A DNA stretch of 32,000 bases from Wolbachia endosymbiont of Cimex lectularius (GTDB lineage Bacteria > Pseudomonadota > Alphaproteobacteria > Rickettsiales > Anaplasmataceae): the NCBI RefSeq assembly GCF_000829315.1, contig NZ_AP013028.1, forward strand, positions 990,001 through 1,022,000. The letters run 5' to 3'. Positions 25,980 through 32,000 of this stretch are shown piece after piece; position 1 is the stretch's first letter; each line of letters starts with the position of its first letter. The notes under the pieces are model-generated. The model was not told where the DNA came from and made no database searches. It saw only the letters and a program-made list of their open reading frames with translations. Position numbers and translations under genes: made by a program.

Positions 25980-26435
25980 TTATGAATCACGACTTTTCTC
26001 CTCGTGTTCCACTTGTTCAACACTACCCTGCTTAACTTTACTGCTTATTACTTTCTCGTGCTTACCACCCATGCAAATTGTTTTTGCCTCATCTTCCGCT
26101 TCACTGTAGTATTTGTTTCGTGACCTTTTATATGCTTCGTACGCCTCCCTGTTTTCATATATAGGGTTGCTGATAGTTTCTATTTTTTCGGCTGTGAAAA
26201 CTTTTGCTAAAAACCTTCCTATAATTGGTATTGATTTCAAGAAATTCCTTAGCTTTGAAGGTTGTTGTCCTGTTTCTAGAAACCGTGTTTTAACAGTTTT
26301 TACAGAATACCTTTCATCATTAAAATTCGGAAATTTCCTTCTTGTCACTTGAATCTTTGACTCATTGGTTCCCTTAGGTCCTGGAGGTGTAGATGTTGCA
26401 GGTTTAACCTTAGTTTCATCATACTTTTTGCTCAT
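25980..26435 (-). CDS. Hypothetical lysine-rich basic protein
   Basis: 151-aa ORF with no competing ORF of similar size. It has a Pro/Thr-rich N-terminus, one amphipathic/hydrophobic stretch (FLKSIPIIGRFLAKVF) and an acidic C-terminus. No family was recognised. Confidence 0.5.
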   Translation of the reverse strand: MSKKYDETKVKPATSTPPGPKGTNESKIQVTRRKFPNFNDERYSVKTVKTRFLETGQQPSKLRNFLKSIPIIGRFLAKVFTAEKIETISNPIYENREAYEAYKRSRNKYYSEAEDEAKTICMGGKHEKVISSKVKQGSVEQVEHEEKSRDS

Positions 26436-26574
26436 CTCTCACTTTACCACGTAATATTATTAATCTTGCATAAGAATAACTAAATTATGGTTAATTGCAA
26501 GGTAAAAATATTAAAACAATTGTAAATTTTGTCAGTGAAAATATAATATAACTTTAAGTCAGAGGTTCATCTAT

Positions 26575-27630
26575 ATGGGACATAAAATTGCTGTTGTTGG
26601 AGCAACAGGAAGAGTAGGACGCGAGGTGCTGAATATACTTGCTGAGTTTCAAGACGAAGAAAAAATTTCGATAGATTCTATTATCGTACTCGCATCAAAA
26701 AAATCAAAGGGAAAAAAGGTGAGTTTTGGTGATGAAGAACTAACTGTTTCATGTCTTGAAAATTGTGACTTTACTGGAGTCAATATAGCCATTTTCTGTG
26801 CTGGGACTCATGTTTCTGAAAAATATGTGCCAATTGCAACTGAGGCAGGATGCATTGTTATAGATAACAGTTTCCATTTTAGGATGAAAGAAGGTGTACC
26901 GCTGATCATTCCAGAGATTAACAAAGGAAAAATCATGGAATACAAAAACCACAACATAATATCCAATCCAAACTGTACTATAATACAGATGTTGCTAGTA
27001 CTGCACTTATTACACCAAAAAGCAAAAATAAAGAGAATTGTTGCTTCAACTTATCAATCGACCTCCGGCGCAGGCAAAGCAGCAATGGATGAACTTTATC
27101 ATCAGACAAAAAAGATCTTTATGAATGAAACCAAAAAACCCGAGGTATTTCCTAAGCAAATAGCATTTAACTGTATTCCTCACATAGGAGAATTCATGGA
27201 AGATGGTTCCACAAAAGAGGAATGGAAAATGCAAGAGGAAACAAAAAAAATCTTAGGAGAAGATATAAAAGTGACTGCAACTTGCGTGAGGGTACCCGTT
27301 TTTATTGGTCATGCTATAGCAGTGAATGTAGAGTTTTATCAGCCTATAACTGAAGAACAAGCTCGTAGAGTGCTAAGTGAAACCGAGGACAATGGAATTT
27401 TAGTGTATGATAGGCGCGAAGGTGGTGAATATACAACTCAAATTGATGTTGTACAGGAGGACGCTGTATATGTATCGCGTATTAGAAAAGACAACACCGT
27501 CGAACACGGATTAAACATGTGGATAGTGGCTGACAATCTGCGCAAAGGTGCAGCACTAAATATAGTGCAGATTCTGGAGATTTTGGCAAAGGAACACTGT
27601 AATTCCTGTACACCAAATGGCAGCGCGTGA
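26575..27630 (+). CDS. asd: Aspartate-semialdehyde dehydrogenase
   Basis: 351 aa. N-terminal NAD(P)-binding motif VVGATGRVG and active-site Cys context SNPNCTIIQM. Length is typical for Asd. Confidence 0.9.
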   Translation: MGHKIAVVGATGRVGREVLNILAEFQDEEKISIDSIIVLASKKSKGKKVSFGDEELTVSCLENCDFTGVNIAIFCAGTHVSEKYVPIATEAGCIVIDNSFHFRMKEGVPLIIPEINKGKIMEYKNHNIISNPNCTIIQMLLVLHLLHQKAKIKRIVASTYQSTSGAGKAAMDELYHQTKKIFMNETKKPEVFPKQIAFNCIPHIGEFMEDGSTKEEWKMQEETKKILGEDIKVTATCVRVPVFIGHAIAVNVEFYQPITEEQARRVLSETEDNGILVYDRREGGEYTTQIDVVQEDAVYVSRIRKDNTVEHGLNMWIVADNLRKGAALNIVQILEILAKEHCNSCTPNGSA

Positions 27631-27887
27631 TGCACGAATATTTTACATATGCTCAAGTTAAGGGAAAATAACAGCGGGAAGAGTTATTTCAATATTGAAT
27701 CAATTATGTTTTTTGAAAATTTGCCCTTAATTTAACGCGTATGGTTGTTGTATTTCTCTTGTTGATGTCCAGCCTATCCTGATTCCGTTACTTCTTTACG
27801 TGAGAGCAGTTTTGGTGAAATAATGAAAAATATTCTTTGCTAAACGCTTTAGATGCGCTACTTTTATCCATTAGTTAAAGATTTTAA

Positions 27888-29002
27888 ATGCTACTACCCT
27901 TTCTGTTGATCTTATCTTCGATTGCCAAGTTTATTGAAATTGATATTTCTGTACCTAGCTTTCTGGGTATAGTGCGCTATTTCAATGTGTCGGAAGATAC
28001 AATTTAATTAACTATTGCTTATAATTTCCTAGGTTTTTGCATAGGAGGGTTGTTTTTTGGTCCATGTCTGAATGCTATGGCAGGAGGAGAATTATGATCA
28101 TAGGTAACACTTTACTGCTCGTTGGTGCTGTTGGTTGTGTTTTTGCACCATCAGTTCTTTGGCTTTTAATTTCTCGCTTTATTCAAGGCATTGGTGTTAG
28201 CACATCTGTAGTTGTATTTGCAATCGTTGCAGATAGCTATAAAGGCGACGAAGCAGTGAAGTTTATCGGAGTCATGAATTCTGTTCTCACAGTTGTCATG
28301 GCAGTTGCACCGGTTTTGGGCAGTTTCATCAATGAAATTGTGGGATGGCGTGGCAATTATGCAAGTGTTGCAATACTTTGTTTAATCTCTTGGGTTTTGC
28401 AGCTTTTTCTGTTGCCGGAAACGAAAAAGGACCGCGATATCTTTAATTTGAAAAAAATGATGAAAGACTATGGGAAGCTATTATTGAGTTCAAAATTTAT
28501 GGCACTATCTTTGGTAATGAGCCTTTTTTCTGCTGCTTATATGTCATTTATCACTTGTGGACCTTTTTTATACATGGAGACTTTTGGCTTGTCTAGCGCT
28601 ATTTATGCACTACATCAAGGTGCAATAGTTGGATCCTTCTCACTCGTCAGTCTATTTACTGGCAAGATCTTACAAAAACTTGGGGCAATAAGGTGTATAA
28701 TTTATGGTACAGGTGTGGTTATTATCGGGTCTTTATTGCTTGTTATATTTAGTATAATCATGCCCAATTTTCCCTACTCAATAACACTATCAATGATTGT
28801 TTTCGTTATTGGTTGTGCAATTTGCCAGGCAGTGCTTTTTAATGCATCATTGAATGTTTTCCCTGAAATTAAAGGTACAGCTTCTTCTGCAGTTTCATTC
28901 ATCAGATCTTTTATCATGGCCGTTTTTATTGGCTTAACGAGCTGTGTTTATAATGGTCAAGCAATCAGTACAGCTATTCTTGTTTTGTCTGATCAGTACT
29001 AA
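27888..29002 (+). pseudogene. MFS drug-efflux-type transporter (Bcr/CflA-like), decayed
   Basis: The ATG at 27888 opens MLLPFLLILSSIAKFIEIDISVPSF..., which is stopped by an in-frame TAA at 28005-28007. The same frame then continues as LTIAYNFLGFCIGGLFFGP. The MFS loop motif (SECYGRRRIMIIG) and the remaining ~10 TM helices sit in another frame (ORF 28037-29002). The frame switch maps at or next to the T6 run 28053-28058. Confidence 0.7.
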
Positions 29003-29122
29003 CATTTATTTTTACTGTTTATTTATTGCTTTTAAAAGATGCAGTATAAATGAATAACTCCACCCAGGTTTAAGTTCTTTTATACCTGTATATTCTACTA
29101 TATGTTCAGAAGCCACGGGAAT

Positions 29123-29673
29123 TCAATAGAAACGAAAAAAACTACTTGACAAATTCTTTCAATCCTTTTATCATGGTATTGAAGCTATTTGTTTAACTTC
29201 CCAATCTGTGCAGGTTAAAATGACAAGAAAACTTGTATTTGGCGTACTATTGTTTAATTTTTCGCACTATGTGCACTGCATGTCTTTTTAAAACTTCGGG
29301 TTTTTGCCCATACAAGCTGAAACGCGCTTATAAGTCGTTTAAGACATCACCCAACGCCGGATTTTAAAATAGAGAGTGGAATAACTAGCTACCTCGGGGT
29401 TTTATTGTCTTTTTTTCCTGTTTGGTAAATTTCTTAAATATTATAGCTTAGACTAGTTGCGTTTAAAAGCAGTTAAATTGCAGCGTTTAAGACATAAAAA
29501 CGCCAATACTAAAAATAAATACCGACCAGGGCTTCTTTTGCTTTTTTTTCTCTATTTGGTAAATTTCTTAAGCATAAAGGTTATATCAATTTTCGTTATC
29601 AAACAAGATACATAATAAATTCGCTAAATCTCTCATCGTAGGGAAACTTTTCAATTTGTCCTATTACCATTGG
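29123..29673 (-). repeat. Type-B modular repeat, copy B4 (right arm of the ~540-bp inverted pair)
   Basis: Reverse complement of 24307-24843, from the tcaatagaaacgaaaaaaactacttgacaa end at 29123 to the ttaccattgg end at 29664-29673. Confidence 0.9.
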
Positions 29674-29692
29674 GATTTGGTATAAGATAGAC

Positions 29693-32000
29693 CTAACAAA
29701 CCTCAGTAGGGTGTCCAGTTGGGCCCATAAGAACTATTTGTTCACCTTCTTTGAAGTACTTACACAAATTAGTGGAACCACCGGTTTCAAGTACAATAGT
29801 GGAAATAATTCCTTTTTTTTTGTCTACTTCAGTGCCAGTTACAGCTATACCTTCCATAGCAAGGCTTGTGGCTTTTCTGTTGTTAGTTTCAAAACTTTGC
29901 AATCTAAAGAATTGGCCAGGCTTGAAATTTTTTGCAGCAAGTGGTGCTTTGATCACTATTTCTACTACTCTGTCAGTTAAATATTGAACTTTTATGACTT
30001 TTGCAGTGAACTGTTCTTTGATCTTATTGAAGAATTCTTCACTTGCCAGGTGTTCTGGCGTCATTCCAGCGCATAACACTGGTTGGTTAGTTGTTTGGAT
30101 AACTCCATTCAAAAGCTGGGAAATGATAGGGTAGCCGTTTTTGGCACTTGCCATAGCTTTCACAACACTACCACTATATGAAGGATGAAGATCACCGAAG
30201 AAACTAATTGCTTTACTGCCTTGCTTATACACTAATATTCTATCTTTATTTTGCATCTTAGGAGAGAATATTGGATCTACTTCTTCCCCTGATGAACTCA
30301 GGTGAGCGAAATATCCATTGCTTAATTTAAAATGCTTTCTATCTTCCGTTGCAATGACTGTATTTGGCTCAGTACCCACTGCTATAAGAACAGAACGTGC
30401 TTTTATACACTTGACTTTGTGAGACTTTGTGTCTATCAGTTTTATCGATTCAGCATGGTTATACTTACCCGTCACAAATTCAACTGGCTCTAGGTTTTCG
30501 ATAAAGTAAATCCCTTCTGACAGTGCGTTTTGCACCTCCTCACTATTTAGTCGGTAACTTGGTGAACTTTTTAGCTCTTTTCTATATACAACTTTCACTC
30601 CCCCTAAACTCTGCATTAACTCCAATATTTTTGCTTCTCTGTTCTCTTTTTTTGCTAATTCTTTCTCTTTTTGGATCGACTGTGCGTGCAATATAAACTC
30701 ATTCGCAATTTCACGTTCTTCTTCTGTCCAATCTTTTTCAACGTAGTCTTTCCCATATTTACCAACCAATGTCTCGTAGCGAAGAAGAAATTTTTCTACT
30801 TGAATCGGATAATACGCTAAAGCTTCAGTGGCAGTATCAATTGCAGTAAGTCCCGCGCCTATAACAACTATTGGCATGCGAATTTGCAGATTTGCTATAG
30901 AGTCAGATTTAAGAGCACCACTGAGTTGTAATGACATTAGAAAATCAGATGCCATGCGCACCCCACGAGCTAACATGTTTTTTATCTTGATTATTCGTGC
31001 TTTACCAGAGCCAAGCGCTAGGGCTATGTGGTCGAAACCAAAATTGAGCACATCACTAACAGTTACTGTGCCACCAAAGCGAATGCCTCCATAAGACGCA
31101 AAATTTTTGCGTCTTTCTAGTAATAATCTAATAATCTTTAAGTAATTCTTGTTCCACCGAGAAGTAATACCATATTCTGCTACTCCACCAAACCCACTGG
31201 CTGTACGCTTACTCAATTTTTCATGCTTGAAATCTCTGATCGGCTGAAAATTATCAATCAGAGGTTCTATCTTTAATCCATCGATGGCGATAACATTATG
31301 TCCATCATTCAACAGATGATGAGCTAAATTAAAACCAGCAGGACCAAGGCCTACAACCAGGACATTTTTTCCAGTGTTTTCTTTCGGCAACGGCCGCTGA
31401 AAATTTAAAGGATTCCAACGACTAAGCAGAGAATATATTTCAAATCCGTATGGCAAACTGAGCACGTCATCCAAAACTCTTGTTTCAACCATTGGCACAT
31501 TCACAGGCTCTTGTTTTTGATATATGCACGAATTCATGCAATCATTGCATATTCTGTATCCAGTGGCTGCACATAATGGATTATCTATCATCACAATTGC
31601 AAGGCTGGCTATACTGTACCCTTCACTTTTTACCAGATTCATTTCTGATATTTTCTGCTCCAGTGGGCAGCCGTGCAGTTCAACTTTAAGTGGAGATTTT
31701 TTAAAAATCTCGCTTGGTTGACAAAATGTGGCGCTAGAATCTGCGTATTCTTTCTGGATCCCAGTGTCAGCCACTCGGATAACAGATGGCTGCAACCCTT
31801 TTGAGCAGCTGTCCTTATTTTGCTTATGACAAAATATGCAGTAGTGAGCATTATCTAATGCTTTATCTAAACCCACCCTTTCACTTGTTAGATCAAAACC
31901 ATATCGTCTTTTTACTTCATTTGAATACAGAACTTCAATCTCATCCACTTCTTTTTTAGAGAATGATACGAGATTTTCATAATCGATTTTTTTATGAGTA
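29693..32000 (-). CDS. Large FAD/NAD(P)-dependent oxidoreductase: Cys-rich Fe-S-type region, GltD-like dinucleotide-binding domains and a C-terminal PyrK/FNR-like domain. Partial; N-terminus lies beyond the window.
   Basis: Dinucleotide motifs VLVVGLGPAGF and VVIGAGLTAIDTA. Cys clusters HYCIFCHKQNKDSCSKG and CNDCMNSC. The C-terminal FTAKVIKVQYL..GQFFRLQ resembles a ferredoxin-reductase-type FAD domain. The apparent start at 31946-31948 is a GTG, and the frame stays open to position 32000, so the gene continues off-window. Confidence 0.65.
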   Translation of the reverse strand, partial: THKKIDYENLVSFSKKEVDEIEVLYSNEVKRRYGFDLTSERVGLDKALDNAHYCIFCHKQNKDSCSKGLQPSVIRVADTGIQKEYADSSATFCQPSEIFKKSPLKVELHGCPLEQKISEMNLVKSEGYSIASLAIVMIDNPLCAATGYRICNDCMNSCIYQKQEPVNVPMVETRVLDDVLSLPYGFEIYSLLSRWNPLNFQRPLPKENTGKNVLVVGLGPAGFNLAHHLLNDGHNVIAIDGLKIEPLIDNFQPIRDFKHEKLSKRTASGFGGVAEYGITSRWNKNYLKIIRLLLERRKNFASYGGIRFGGTVTVSDVLNFGFDHIALALGSGKARIIKIKNMLARGVRMASDFLMSLQLSGALKSDSIANLQIRMPIVVIGAGLTAIDTATEALAYYPIQVEKFLLRYETLVGKYGKDYVEKDWTEEEREIANEFILHAQSIQKEKELAKKENREAKILELMQSLGGVKVVYRKELKSSPSYRLNSEEVQNALSEGIYFIENLEPVEFVTGKYNHAESIKLIDTKSHKVKCIKARSVLIAVGTEPNTVIATEDRKHFKLSNGYFAHLSSSGEEVDPIFSPKMQNKDRILVYKQGSKAISFFGDLHPSYSGSVVKAMASAKNGYPIISQLLNGVIQTTNQPVLCAGMTPEHLASEEFFNKIKEQFTAKVIKVQYLTDRVVEIVIKAPLAAKNFKPGQFFRLQSFETNNRKATSLAMEGIAVTGTEVDKKKGIISTIVLETGGSTNLCKYFKEGEQIVLMGPTGHPTEVC

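Noticed and set aside
27650-27700. Hairpin aaataac-N10-gttattt downstream of asd as a terminator
   Set aside because: The stem is only 7 AU-rich base pairs with a 10-nt loop and no following T-run, which is too weak to call.

Overview
AT-rich window. The gene content points to an Anaplasmataceae endosymbiont, most likely Wolbachia; this is inference, as no database search was possible. The supporting content is a class I lysyl-tRNA synthetase, a Rickettsiales-type split vir operon, bacterioferritin, a Wsp/Msp-type surface-antigen OMP and dense short palindromic repeats. Layout: (1) 1-5223 holds housekeeping genes: bfr, a SURF1-family gene, a KefB-like CPA2 antiporter, a thioredoxin-fold protein, tmk and a frameshifted surface-antigen OMP. 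(2) 5224-7934 is a 2.7-kb noncoding repeat nest arranged as nested inverted repeats around a small ORF broken by one in-frame TAA. (3) 7935-9473 is lysK, divergent from a 14.7-kb type IV secretion operon at 9578-24270. That operon is virB3, virB4, four giant virB6 paralogs and an overlapping acidic tail ORF. (4) 24307-29673 is a 4.3-kb segment (map, an orphan basic ORF, asd, a decayed MFS transporter) bracketed by two ~540-bp inverted copies of a modular repeat. (5) 29693-32000 is a large GltD-like/PyrK-like oxidoreductase that runs off the window. No tRNA, rRNA, CRISPR, prophage, transposase or cif-like genes were recognised. The T4SS operon is a known architecture. The less explained signals are two interrelated repeat families: type A palindromic modules and a type B modular unit with conserved boxes, present 5 times. 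Their symmetric arrangements, three independently disrupted genes, and lipoprotein-type signal peptides on three of the four VirB6 paralogs also stand out.
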